From NCBI GenBank assembly GCA_018829385.1, contig JAHJUC010000361.1:1-62109 (forward strand): a stretch of DNA of 62,109 bases. Direction: 5' to 3'. The stretch comes from Alphaproteobacteria bacterium. Its GTDB lineage: Bacteria; Pseudomonadota; Alphaproteobacteria; Rhizobiales; Rhizobiaceae. Shown piece by piece: positions 1-9,509 of the stretch (its first letter is position 1; every line of letters starts with the position of its first letter). The notes beneath the pieces are model-generated. The model worked only from the letters and a program-made list of their open reading frames with translations, searched no databases and was not told the origin of the DNA. The position numbers were made by a program, and so were the translations under genes.

Positions 1-570
1 CCGCGCCTCGTTGACGCCGAAGCAGACAAGCGAGATCTGCAGACGATTGCTGAGGAAGCGCAAAGTGTTCAGAACGATGCGCTGCTCGCGATAGGATCCG
101 GCGAGGATGTTGTGCACCTCGTCGATGACCAACACCTGCACACCAATCGCTTCCATGATCCGCAATGCAGCCTGCTCCATCTGGGCAATGTCGGCGCGCG
201 GCCGCTGAGGCGCGCCGAGAAGGGTGAGCAGTTCGGCGTAGAAGCGTCGCTCGCCTGGGCGGCTCGTCATCTCCATGGCCAGGACCGGCGTCTTCAACGT
301 GCCCGTCAGAGGATTGAAGCTCGGCGGGTGCTCGTCCCGGAAGCGCTTCATGATCATGGTCTTGCCCATACCGCTGTCGCCGTATATCGCGACCGAAGGC
401 ATGCGCGTGCCTCGCGGATGCTCGAGGAGTGCGCTTAGCCGATCGAGCGCCTGCTTGGCGCGAGGGTAGAGAACCCAGCGACGTGATCGTATCGTTCGAA
501 TGCGCCGTTCGTCCGTTTCAGAAAGCAGCGCTGCGGCGCCGGTGGTCAGGTGGGAAACTTCATCGTCCAT
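1..570 (-). CDS. tniB: TniB/TnsC-like transposition NTPase, truncated by the window edge
   Basis: Manual translation from the ATG at 570 (GGAG RBS): MDDEVSHLTT...; Walker A GDSGMGKT and Walker B VLVIDEVHN; directly downstream of tniA. Absent from the ORF track because there is no stop in the window. Confidence 0.9.
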   Translation of the reverse strand, partial: MDDEVSHLTTGAAALLSETDERRIRTIRSRRWVLYPRAKQALDRLSALLEHPRGTRMPSVAIYGDSGMGKTMIMKRFRDEHPPSFNPLTGTLKTPVLAMEMTSRPGERRFYAELLTLLGAPQRPRADIAQMEQAALRIMEAIGVQVLVIDEVHNILAGSYREQRIVLNTLRFLSNRLQISLVCFGVNEAR

Positions 571-582
571 GTTCACTCCAGC

Positions 583-2196
583 TCAATCTGTATCCTCGAC
601 AAAGGGTACAGGTTTGCTGGAGTCGACACCTCGTAGCGAGCCCCATCCCCGATCATCCACTTTTGATTTCGACGAAGCGATTCCGCGTCGTGCCGCCGCC
701 GTCTTCTTCGTTGCCGCCTCAACCAACTCTCGCTGTGCGATGGCGGTGCGGACGATAGTGCGGGTGTCGACTTCACGGCGTCCTTTCGCCAGAAGGGTGC
801 GTCGGGCGGTCACCGCCTCGTGCAGGGTGATTGAAGGCAGTGTCAGATCTGCATAGCGAGCTTCCACGAAGTTTCCCGATGGCCGTTGAACGAAGACGCG
901 CGCCATATCCCGCGGATCGTATTTGACAAGCAGGCGCCGATCGCAACGCCCGACGTCGGCGCTGAGTGCTGCGGACCAATAGCGCAGGCCGAACAGGTGA
1001 ATGCCGGTGGGCCGCAACGTTCGCTCCTGCTCAGGCAGGAAAGTTAGCCAGAAGCGCATCCGATCCTGCGGCAGCCGAAGTGGGATCTCCCCCTCGTGCT
1101 CCCGCCAGACCGCAATCGGCGGGCGACCCAGGGTGCCGTGGATCGACTGATGATAGGAGCCGACGATGTCGAGTGCGATATACCGCTCGAGTTCACGTAG
1201 TGTCAGCGCCGCGTGCCGCTTTGAGTCGTACTCTCCCAGCTCCTGTTCATTGCTGAATGTTGTCCCGGGCAACAGGTGCAGCCTTCCCATTTGTGTTCCA
1301 ATAAGCCGCTCAATGTGACCGCCAAAGCGCGGCTCACCCGGCGGCCGCCACTCGATCGCGATGCCGGCATCCTGGCATCCTCTCTTGAATGCCCGGCTGC
1401 GGAAGTCGGCGCCGTTGTCGACGTGAACAGTGTCCGGTAGGCCAGCAACGGGCCACGGATCGGCGATCTCGCGTTCTCTCAACCAAGCTGACTTGTCGAA
1501 GACCGAGTGCAACAGACACAAGCTGGTGGACAGCCGGGACGGAGCCTCCATCGTGAGATAAAACCCTGTCACCATGCGGCTGCAGACGTCCATCGCCAGC
1601 GTCAGCCACGGTCGACCGAGCGGCAGCCGAGTCTCCTCGTCGACGACGAAGACGTCGGCCTTCGTATGATCCATCTGGACGACTTCCAGGGGTCGGGATG
1701 CACCGAACTCCCCGGGAACAGGCGTCGTCGCCTTCACAATTTTCTGTTCGCCGCGGCGCTTAGCACGCGTCTGGAGGTCGATGTCCTTGAGGCGGGCCGC
1801 TACCGTCCGGCGATGCGGAGGCTTGAGCCCCGCCGACATGCAGTTGGTCCGCACGTCACGGACCAGCTGCGAAACCGTCGGCCGGGTCTGCTTCAGGTAG
1901 TATGAGCTGATCGTCGCGCGGATGATCTCTTCCCGCTTCTCGTCCAGGGCCCGATGACCCTCGGGGCGCCCTCGTTTGCGATCCACCAGAGACAGCACGG
2001 TTCCACCGGCGCGGAACAGTTTGATCAGCCGGTATGCGGTCGCTCGGCTCAGGCCGAGCTCGGCCGCGAGTTTGGCAACATCGCCGGCCGTCGCGCCCTC
2101 AGGATTACGCTTCAGGAAGCCGCGAATCGCATCAGCTCGCCTGCACGCATCGTCCCAAATCACCTCGTCTATCTCGGCGGGGAAGAGATCAGTCAT
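583..2196 (-). CDS. tniA: TniA/TnsB-like DDE transposase (Mu-C-terminal type)
   Basis: N-terminal HTH; DDE motifs QMDHT, HVDNGADF and GHIER; KYDPRD C-terminal motif; likely start MTDLFP at 2196. Confidence 0.92.
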   Translation of the reverse strand: MTDLFPAEIDEVIWDDACRRADAIRGFLKRNPEGATAGDVAKLAAELGLSRATAYRLIKLFRAGGTVLSLVDRKRGRPEGHRALDEKREEIIRATISSYYLKQTRPTVSQLVRDVRTNCMSAGLKPPHRRTVAARLKDIDLQTRAKRRGEQKIVKATTPVPGEFGASRPLEVVQMDHTKADVFVVDEETRLPLGRPWLTLAMDVCSRMVTGFYLTMEAPSRLSTSLCLLHSVFDKSAWLREREIADPWPVAGLPDTVHVDNGADFRSRAFKRGCQDAGIAIEWRPPGEPRFGGHIERLIGTQMGRLHLLPGTTFSNEQELGEYDSKRHAALTLRELERYIALDIVGSYHQSIHGTLGRPPIAVWREHEGEIPLRLPQDRMRFWLTFLPEQERTLRPTGIHLFGLRYWSAALSADVGRCDRRLLVKYDPRDMARVFVQRPSGNFVEARYADLTLPSITLHEAVTARRTLLAKGRREVDTRTIVRTAIAQRELVEAATKKTAAARRGIASSKSKVDDRGWGSLRGVDSSKPVPFVEDTD

Positions 2197-2224
2197 GGCA
2201 AGCTCTCGATGAAAACATCCAAGA

Positions 2225-2355
2225 GCGTCAATCTCACATAAAGTAACAAAATCCAAGTCTGATTATCAAATTAACTGCCCGTTCTCAAATTAAGTGCCGC
2301 TCTAAACATATGAGATTGTTGGGATGACAGTCTCATCATTAAGTGTCAAGTCACA
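2225..2355 (-). mobile_element. Terminal region of a Tn7/Tn5053-like transposon with repeated transposase-binding sites
   Basis: The minus strand starts TGTGACTTGACACTTAATGATGAGA at 2355, then related repeats GGCACTTAATTTGAGA, GGCAGTTAATTTGATA and GTTACTTTATGTGAGA; AT-rich and just upstream of tniA. Confidence 0.8.
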
Positions 2356-2969
2356 ATTCCCAGGTGCTGCTTGGCCTCGGGGCTCATCATTTCCGGTTCC
2401 CACCGCGGCTCGTAGGTCAGCTCCACCTGCACTTTCTTGACGCCATCGACGGCAGAAGTGCGATCCTGAACGCCCTGCTTGAGATAGATCGTCGCCGGGC
2501 ATCCGGGCGTCGTCGTGGTCATGGCAACGGTTGTCGCTCCGTTGGCCTCAACCACCACATCATAGATGAGGCCGAGATCGACGATGTTGTAGACAAGTTC
2601 CGGATCGATGACCTCGCGGAGCGATGTCATGATCTGGTCGACAAACGCGCTGGTCTCGCCGTCTTCCCCGCTCGGCGTTTTTCGCGCCGGGCGCATCACC
2701 GGGGCATTCGCCATGAAGTGTTCCATGATCGTGCCCAGCAATACCGGCTTCAGGTGCTGCCAGTCGCCGGCGGTCTTGGTGATGATGATGCAGTCGTAAC
2801 CGAAGGCTATGGCCGCCACCCCCGGAATGCCGAACAGGCGCTGGGCCAGCGGTGATGCCGCGGCTTCGTCGCGATCGGCAAATTCGATGGTCCCGGAAAC
2901 ATACACCTCCCTGCTGGGAATGAATTTCAGCTTCGAGGCGTCGGGCATCGGTTCGGTCTGGATGAACAT
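2346..2969 (-). CDS. Nfu/NifU N-terminal domain fused to a DUF59 (SufT/PaaD-like) Fe-S assembly domain
   Basis: N-terminus MFIQTEPMP...LKF...SPLAQRLFGIPGV...W is Nfu_N-like; C-terminus has VIDPEL, NIVDLGLIY, TTTTPGCP and W-x-P-x-MMS of DUF59. Confidence 0.8.
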   Translation of the reverse strand: MFIQTEPMPDASKLKFIPSREVYVSGTIEFADRDEAAASPLAQRLFGIPGVAAIAFGYDCIIITKTAGDWQHLKPVLLGTIMEHFMANAPVMRPARKTPSGEDGETSAFVDQIMTSLREVIDPELVYNIVDLGLIYDVVVEANGATTVAMTTTTPGCPATIYLKQGVQDRTSAVDGVKKVQVELTYEPRWEPEMMSPEAKQHLGIVT

Positions 2970-3006
2970 CGCTCATAACTCCATGAAGGCAGGACCGCCG
3001 GTGCGG

Positions 3007-3425
3007 CTAAGCCACCTGTTCTCTATTGCGGGCAACGCGGACCAGGATCCTGTAGGTCGTTCCGTCGGGCTCGAAGCCGCCGCGCCATTAATGGCCGCGT
3101 TTTTCAAGTTCGGGAAACAGGAACATCGGCTCGCGGCACAGAAGCGCGGACAGGACCTGGCCGTGCTGCATGGCCTCGATTGCAGCCAGGATCCGGACCA
3201 TCGGCTCGGGCGGTTCCAGTTCCCGGTTGTCGAGATGCCGATCGGGTTCAGGCCAGTCGGTGGCATCACTCCTGGCGGCCGGGGGCACAGGCTTGGCCGG
3301 TGTTGCCGTTTGCGAGGGCGTAAACCGCACCTCCCAGTCGCCATCGGCCAACTCGGTTGCCTCGTGGGTGAAACCCTTCGAGCCCAGTACATGAAACAGC
3401 GGCACCGGTTCGAAGGTTGCCAGGA
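3007..3425 (-). pseudogene. Two-domain DUF2249 protein, 5'-deleted and carrying a nonsense codon
   Basis: Reads LATFEPVPLFHVLGSKG...KRGH*WRGGFEPDGTTYRILVR; TAA at 3088-3090 interrupts a frame that is continuous in the paralog at 29195-29704; about 38 N-terminal residues are missing. Confidence 0.8.
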
Positions 3426-4559
3426 GAGCAGCAGATGCGGTCTTGGCACTGCAGCCGGTCCGGTGGAGCGGAAAGCCACGTCCGAGAGAAGACGAATCCG
3501 GACCAGTTCACTGACAATCCCGATCGTGGCTGCGAGCATCAGTGCTGCGGCAATGCGGAAGCCGGTCGCCTGACCGGTCAGAAGGGTGGCCGTGCCGCTC
3601 CAGACGGCGAGGAAATAAAGCCTGAACCATTTTCGCGCACGGGTCTCGACCACCAGATCCTGCACCCTGGGAGCTGCCGTCTTGCCCAGCACGGGGCCGT
3701 AGCATTCAAGCCATGTCAGGAACGCCACGATCTTGTAAAGATTGGCGAGCCCGAGGCCCGAGAGCCACCCGAAGACAAGAACAAACACGACAGCGCCAAT
3801 GCCGGCCTCTTGCCAACCGAGGATGGCCAGTCCGATTGCCAGGGCGATTGCGGCTCCGAGTGAAGCCAGCGCATAGATCGCCATGCGGCTGTTGAGCTCG
3901 ATGGTGCGGCGTTTGCGCGCGTGATAGAGATGCCGGATATCAGCGCCGTAGACGGCAAGCGAAGCCAGCCCGAGAAGGCTGCCGGCAAGAAGCGGAATGA
4001 ACAGGCTTGCCCCGCTCAGGATCGCGCCAAGCCCGATCGCAACGACAACCGCCAAGGCCGCAACGGCAAGTGCAAGGACAAGCTTTGGTCGTGTGCCGTC
4101 AAGTTCCGGGGCGAGCATGAACATGGCAAGCAGCCGGTAACTCACGCCGATGGAGGTCAAGGTCAGCCATCCGCCGATACCCGCCGCGACATGCAATGGA
4201 AGCGCCGCACCCGCGATGTCGGGCATGGGGTCGGAACTTGTCTGCTGGCCCAGAACGAGGGTAAAAATCACTCCGAACGCAACCGTCAGTGCGAGCGAGA
4301 TCAGCCCGATGGCGACAAAGCGTGCGGGCAGCTGCAGCGGCCTCGCCGGCCGCAAGGTGCATCCGAGGTTCCACAGCACCAGCATGAACCCGGCGCTCAG
4401 GACGATCCCGGCTGCCGGCAACAGCGATGGCAGATCGGGAAGCCTGTCGGAAAGCTGCAGAAAGCCGGCCAGCATCAGCGCCTCGCCGGCAATCAGCGCG
4501 GAGAGGGCGGCAAAGAAATAGGACATCGTCCGGCGGGACAGGGTGACACCAGGCATCAT
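3426..4559 (-). pseudogene. Polytopic membrane protein, paralog of 29719-31077, with an internal deletion and a lost stop
   Basis: MMPGVTLSRRTMSYF... aligns with the paralog but lacks about 68 aa near 4465; the C-terminus runs into the DUF2249 remnant. Confidence 0.75.
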
Positions 4560-4609
4560 GTTTTCCTCCACAATGACGCCGGGCCAGCCCGGCGTCATTG
4601 CGTCAGCCG

Positions 4610-4855
4610 TCAGGCGGCCTGTTCGATCTTGCCGATTTCGACGCGCCAGGCCTCTGGCCCCTGTTCGCGGTAGATCCAGGAAAACTGGCCGGGATACTCG
4701 GCTTCGAGCTGGTAGTAGAGCGGCTTGGGATCGTGATCGTTGATCAACTCGAACGCCTTGCCCGGCTCGAGAGCGTGGACAAGCTGGAAGATCTTGGTGT
4801 GACGTTGTGCGGGGACGAGACTGCGCAAGTCTACGGCCTCGGTCGTGTCGGTCAT
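4610..4855 (-). CDS. DUF2249 domain protein
   Basis: DLR...RHTKIF...NDHDPKPLYYQL...W-x-Y-x-EQGPEAWRV signature; paralog at 31154-31438. Confidence 0.85.
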   Translation of the reverse strand: MTDTTEAVDLRSLVPAQRHTKIFQLVHALEPGKAFELINDHDPKPLYYQLEAEYPGQFSWIYREQGPEAWRVEIGKIEQAA

Positions 4856-4999
4856 TTCCGGTTTCCTTCTGTTCAAGATCCATCACGTCGGCACAGCAAG
4901 TCATTTCCGAGCCCTTGGAGACGAGGCGTTTGCGCCTGTGTGCGTGGGCCGGGGCCGGTTGCGCCGGTGGTCTTTTCGACCGGTGGGTTTCCTGTCGCT

Positions 5000-5013
5000 T
5001 TGACCGTGTGCAA
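5000..5013. promoter_or_regulatory. FNR/NnrR-type box TTGACCGTGTGCAA
   Basis: TTG-N8-CAA in the divergent intergenic region upstream of the DUF2249 cluster. Confidence 0.5.
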
Positions 5014-5025
5014 TTTTCCCATTTA

Positions 5026-5048
5026 AAGATACATTGTCAATATATCTT
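5026..5048. promoter_or_regulatory. NsrR-type 11-1-11 inverted repeat
   Basis: AAGATACATTG-T-CAATATATCTT resembles the NsrR consensus AAGATGYATTTNAAATRCATCTT; nsrR lies 1.4 kb away. Confidence 0.7.
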
Positions 5049-5069
5049 TTATGAGTTAGATATCGACCC

Positions 5070-5666
5070 ATGGATTTCGGGCGGCTGCTGACCTCTGATG
5101 CTCTTGGAGAAAACAGGCCCGGCAACTTGATGGAGCACGCGATGAGCATGATGCAATCCGGACCGGTTGAAGCCTTCGACGGTACTGAGTGTGGTGCCGG
5201 GTTGCATCCGGCCGTCGGCACCGGCTTCAGTTTCGATGCGGATGCAAACCCAGGTGGCGGAGACATTGTGCCGCAGCAAGCGGTGGTGGATCCCGCTGCT
5301 CTTGTCAGCGCCCTGGTTGCGGCGTTCCGGGCGCACAGCCACATCAACAATGTGATGACCCATGTTTCCGGTGCCCGCTGGGATGAGATTGAACGTGCCT
5401 TGCACATCATTCTGGATATCGCGGCCGTACCTGCCGGCCTGTCGCGGCTAGAGGCCAATATCGTTGATCTGCTGTGTGCAGAGCGCGGCGTGACCGGGCG
5501 CATCTTCAAGCCGTATTTCGAAACGCTGCTCGCCAGATTGCTGCCGGCTGTCCCGGCAGGACACCTGCAAGCCCACGTCTTGTCACTCCACCAAGCCGCT
5601 CAAATATATGAAGAGGATAATCCCGGCGTGGTCCGGATTGCCATCAAGACGGGAGAGGTCCGGTGA
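5070..5666 (+). CDS. Hypothetical protein (start uncertain)
   Basis: 198-aa ORF whose stop overlaps the next start (GTGA). Confidence 0.55.
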   Translation: MDFGRLLTSDALGENRPGNLMEHAMSMMQSGPVEAFDGTECGAGLHPAVGTGFSFDADANPGGGDIVPQQAVVDPAALVSALVAAFRAHSHINNVMTHVSGARWDEIERALHIILDIAAVPAGLSRLEANIVDLLCAERGVTGRIFKPYFETLLARLLPAVPAGHLQAHVLSLHQAAQIYEEDNPGVVRIAIKTGEVR

Positions 5667-5884
5667 GACTTATCGGGTGCGCTGCCGGAACCGGCGTCTG
5701 CCGCCCGCAGTCCGGGCCTGATGTGGATTTCGACAACGATAGCGCGCAGCCACAGCTTGATCCCTCCGAGGCTGTGTTCATGGCGCTGAACACAGGTTTT
5801 TGCCGCGATATCGGCGTCATGGCGATTATGCTGGAAGGAGTGCGGGACGCAAGCAAAGGCGAAGCGGAAGGAGAACTGCGATGA
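5663..5884 (+). CDS. Small hypothetical protein
   Basis: GGAGAGG RBS; overlaps both neighbours by 4 nt. Confidence 0.4.
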   Translation: MRLIGCAAGTGVCRPQSGPDVDFDNDSAQPQLDPSEAVFMALNTGFCRDIGVMAIMLEGVRDASKGEAEGELR

Positions 5885-6120
5885 AACACGCGAGAGATGC
5901 ACTTTACATGGCTTCCAACGGGATTGTGCAGCCCATCGGGCCCGGGACGGACGAGGAATGGGCGATCTTCGAATCGCTGGTCCGTGATGAATACAATCGG
6001 CTGCATCCGGACGACACGTTTGAAGACCTGAAGCGGCGGGCCCGGTTCTCGAAGGAGGACCAGGGTTTGCTGCGTGACTGGATGGCGATCGCCGCCCACC
6101 GCGCTGCGGCAGCGGTTTGA
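5881..6120 (+). CDS. Small hypothetical protein with an HPxDxFxDLxxRARFSKED motif
   Basis: GAAGGAG RBS and ATGA overlap; paralog at 33293-33496. Confidence 0.7.
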   Translation: MKHARDALYMASNGIVQPIGPGTDEEWAIFESLVRDEYNRLHPDDTFEDLKRRARFSKEDQGLLRDWMAIAAHRAAAAV

Positions 6121-6169
6121 TGAGATGACGCAACCCCGAAACACCGATGTTGATCAAGGAAAGCAAGTC

Positions 6170-6319
6170 ATGACAGACACGCAGGAAAAGCGAGATCCAA
6201 ACAAACCGTTGATCCATGAGACACGCGACATCGATACGGACAACACGCTGTTGCCGATGCTGGTCACCGGGCTTGTTCTGGTGGTGCTCGGCGCAATCAT
6301 CGTCATGATGTTCGTGTGA
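6170..6319 (+). CDS. Small membrane protein (49 aa, one C-terminal helix)
   Basis: AAGGA RBS; hydrophobic tail LLPMLVTGLVLVVLGAIIVMMFV. Confidence 0.6.
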   Translation: MTDTQEKRDPNKPLIHETRDIDTDNTLLPMLVTGLVLVVLGAIIVMMFV

Positions 6320-6434
6320 GTGGTGCCTTGGCACAGCCCGATCGATCCGGGTATGGGGTCGTAAATATTGCCCGTGCCATGTTCGCGGCGCCGCCGCTGC
6401 GATATGCAGTGGATCATCGATACCGGGGAATCTC

Positions 6435-6887
6435 ATGAAGCTGACCACTTTTTCCGACTATGCATTGCGCGTTCTGATGTACGCGGGAGCCGCCGGTGAC
6501 AGGCTGGTGACGATCGAGGAAACCGCCCGGGTCTACAGGATCTCGCAGGCCCACCTGATGAAAGTCGTCAACGTGCTGACCAATGCCGGTTATCTGCGCG
6601 CCGTGCGGGGGCGCTCCGGCGGGTTCACGCTGGCCCGTCGTCCTGAAGAGATCAATCTCGGTGCGGTTCTCCGGGCAACGGAGACGGATTTTGCTTTGGT
6701 GGAGTGCTTCACGCCGACCAACGAGTGCCTGATCTCAAGCCGGTGCCGGCTGCCCAAGCTGCTCAACAAGGCACTTGCCGCCTTTATCTCCGCATTCGAC
6801 GACTACATGCTGGCCGACATCATGCTTTCCGAACAGGATTTCGCGCTGTCGGCGCCCTCCGCGGCGACAGGTGATGCCCCGTCATAG
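6435..6887 (+). CDS. nsrR: Rrf2-family NO-responsive regulator NsrR
   Basis: MKLTTFSDYALRVLMY, HLMKVV and RGRSGG; three Cys in ECF...NECLIS..CRL. Confidence 0.85.
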   Translation: MKLTTFSDYALRVLMYAGAAGDRLVTIEETARVYRISQAHLMKVVNVLTNAGYLRAVRGRSGGFTLARRPEEINLGAVLRATETDFALVECFTPTNECLISSRCRLPKLLNKALAAFISAFDDYMLADIMLSEQDFALSAPSAATGDAPS

Positions 6888-6925
6888 TCACCGCGATCAG
6901 ACTAGCGCGGGATCCTGGGCCGGGG

Positions 6926-7489
6926 TCATTCTTCCGTTACGATGATGTCCATGGGGATATTGTGTGGCAGGGGGTGAATTGTTGGAATTCGGCTTTCTGC
7001 AAACCCAACCCCGATGACAATCGGCCGCGTCTTCATTGCTGCAAGAGTGTTGTCGAAAACGCTGCCAGCGTACCTTAGGCGGTAATTTTCCTCATCGAAC
7101 CCGATGATCGGTGCAACCACCACATTGGGCTGCACCGCCGGTCCGCCGGCGGGAACTATTGTGTTCCATATGCCGCGTTCGCGCCGGTCACCGGATGACC
7201 AGATGCGGAACTCCAGAGGTCAGCCTTTCTTGATGACTACGGGCAATGCGATCCGTCCGCCACGCGCGATAATGCTTGTCGCCCAAGTGCGCAGATCAGG
7301 CTCGCCGCGAATCGGCCAGTAGCAGCTGATTATCCGCCCGCTGACCTTGCCGATAGCCTGATCCAGCCGGGCAGCGATGCGGTCCGATTTGGCCTTTCGC
7401 ACTTCGGCGCTGATGGTGAGACGTGCATCGAGAAGCCGGCGGCGTTCTGCCTTGCGCCAGCGGAAAACATTCGCCCTGCATTCAGGCAT
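6926..7489 (-). pseudogene. 5-formyltetrahydrofolate cyclo-ligase pseudogene
   Basis: YWPIRGEPD...IALPVV, then an in-frame TGA at 7220-7222; the frame continues PLEFRIW...VVAPIIGFD...HNIPMDIIVTE; the RLGYGGG loop has degenerated to RLRYAGS. Confidence 0.8.
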
Positions 7490-7690
7490 CGATCGTGGTT
7501 CGCCGGTTCCGGAGGCGAACGCAGGCGTGAAACCGGTTGGAGATGAATAATCCACCAGCTGGTGAGGGCGATCTTCTTCGTTTGTTATTCCGGGCTCCGG
7601 TTCCCGCCGCAGACAAGGGACGGCGGAATTTCGCAATCCAGAATGCGATCAGAAGAAACGGGAAGGCAAACAAAAATAAATGCTCTATTG

Positions 7691-7707
7691 ATGCAATAAT
7701 ATTGCAT
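7691..7707. promoter_or_regulatory. Palindrome upstream of the LysR gene, possible autoregulatory site
   Basis: ATGCAATA-A-TATTGCAT is a perfect inverted repeat 15 nt before the start codon. Confidence 0.4.
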
Positions 7708-7722
7708 TCAAAGGAGGCCGTG

Positions 7723-8568
7723 ATGGATATCGACCGCGCCCGGACATTTCTCGAGATTGTTCATTCAGGCAGTTTTCTCAAAGCAGCCGACCGTCTTCAT
7801 GTCACACAGACAACAGTCAGCGCCCGCATACGCACACTTTAAGATGTGCTGGGGCGACAATTGTTCATCCGCAACCGCAATGGCGCACAACTGACACCGG
7901 CGGGCCGCGAATTCGAGCGTTATGCCCAGTCATTCGTGCAGATATGGGAACGGGCACGGCATCAGCTTGCCATTCCCTCGGGCAGAACCAGCGTCGTCGC
8001 GCTTGGAGGTGAGCTCAGTCTCTGGAACCCGGTGCTGCTGGACTGGCTGATCTGGATGAAGCAGCGTAAGCCTGAAATCGCCATTCATGCCAATGTTGGT
8101 GTGCCGGATCAGTTGCTGGAGCAACAGCGGACAGGCGTTCTCGATATCGCCGTGTTGTATGCACCCAAACTGCTGCCGGGTTTCCGGGTCGAGTTGCTGG
8201 TCGAGGAACAACTGGTTCTCGTCAGAACCAGATCCAGGGACGGCGAGCCGTATGGTGCGGACGATTACGTTTACGTCGACTGGGGGCCGTTGTTTGCAGC
8301 CCAGCATGATGCCAGTTCCAATTCTTTCGGCGAGCCCGGACTGTTTGTCGGTCTTGGTCCACTCGGTTTGAGCTATATATTGCGCGCAGGTGGAATGGGC
8401 TATTTCCGCCGCGGCGCTGCAGCGCCTCACATTGCATCCGGAGAGCTTGAAATCGTCGATGGCGCACCGGAATTCACCTATGCCGCCTATGCCGTTTATC
8501 CCGAATCAAGCGAGACAAGAGAGGACATTCAGGAAGCTCTGCGTGGCCTGAAAGATGTCGTCAACTGA
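7723..8568 (+). pseudogene. LysR-family regulator with an in-frame nonsense codon
   Basis: MDIDRARTFLEIV..GSF.KAA.RLHVTQTTVSARIRTL-TAA(7840-7842)-DVLGRQLF in a single frame. Confidence 0.85.
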
Positions 8569-8576
8569 ACGGCGCG

Positions 8577-8777
8577 TCAATCTTCACGCTGGTTCAGCAG
8601 CACACCGATCACGAGTTCACGCCCGGCTCGGTTGATCCCGATGCCGCGGTCTCTTCTCTCGACAAGACCATACGCAATCAGCCGCTCGGCCAAGGATGGT
8701 TCCAGCGCAGGGTAGGGACCGCGATTCAGCCGCTTGAGCGCGGTCCGTTCGTTCTCGTCCAGGTCGCTCCAGGTCAC
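8577..8777 (-). CDS. Small hypothetical protein
   Basis: 66-aa ORF convergent with the LysR gene. Confidence 0.55.
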   Translation of the reverse strand: MTWSDLDENERTALKRLNRGPYPALEPSLAERLIAYGLVERRDRGIGINRAGRELVIGVLLNQRED

Positions 8778-9084
8778 GGTCAGTGCTTTGTCTCCGCTCT
8801 CGATGATGAAGGAAAAACTGTACGATGAACGAGGATCAACGCCATTTCAAACCAAATTCCTTACACCGTACTTGCAATAAATTTCGTTTGGCTTTGAGCC
8901 GGCCAGCAGCCAGTTTCCTGAAGGCATGGGGAGCGTTGGCTGAACCCGTCCCGGCGCAGAAAAACGTGCCACTCCGCCCCGGCATTGCGATCTAGTTTGA
9001 CTCAATAGCCGGCCAAAACCGTCAGTGTACACCCTGACAAGCTGGCAGAACATTCCTCGCCACCCCGGACAAGGCGACTGACAA

Positions 9085-9319
9085 AATCAAAGGCGAGAAG
9101 CGTACGACCCAACGATGGATTGTCGAATGATCTACCCTGATGCCTCGTTCTGACATCATTTCCTTCAAGTCGCGAAGGCTCAGGCCATAAGCCAGATACC
9201 AGCGAACGCAGAGCACGATGATCGACTGGTCGTAATGGCGGTCTTTGAACATGGTCATCTCCCAAAACATCGAGAGGTGATTACCGGTTGCCGGTTAGCG
9301 AAGAGTTTGCAACAGAACC
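9085..9319 (-). mobile_element. IS6-family remnant: left IR plus the 5' part of the transposase gene
   Basis: GGTTCTGTTGCAAA end at 9319; MFKDRHY..IIVLCVRWYL.YGLSLRDL.EMM.ERGI.VDHSTIHRWV is the IS6 transposase N-terminus, truncated. Confidence 0.88.
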
Positions 9320-9407
9320 TCGACCATAGCTTTCCGGCTCATTCCGGAAAAGTGAGGCAGGTCGGCCAGAAGCGAAGCATCAAGACGGCTCAATGGTTTT
9401 CTCCAGT

Positions 9408-9421
9408 TTGCGACAATGCAA
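9408..9421. promoter_or_regulatory. NnrR-type box upstream of nnrS
   Basis: TTGCGACAATGCAA. Confidence 0.7.
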
Positions 9422-9509
9422 AGATCCGGTTGGCCAAACTGTTAGGGATTCGGGGACGCCAAGGCAACCCAGACCGGCGGCTTCCGAAAACAACCGACAG
9501 GATCCCATC

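Noticed and set aside
2225-2355. Short repeats as a CRISPR-like array or CAST signature
   Set aside because: The spacing is irregular and the repeats are degenerate, as expected for transposase-binding sites; there are no cas genes in the window.
2973-4904. 643-aa ORF as a novel fusion protein
   Set aside because: It is a chance upstream extension over the DUF2249 gene plus read-through caused by a deletion; the paralog shows separate genes.
8935-8975. CGGCGCAGAAAAACGTGCCACT resembling the IS21 subterminal repeat
   Set aside because: A single degenerate match with no clear TG terminus or transposase sequence.
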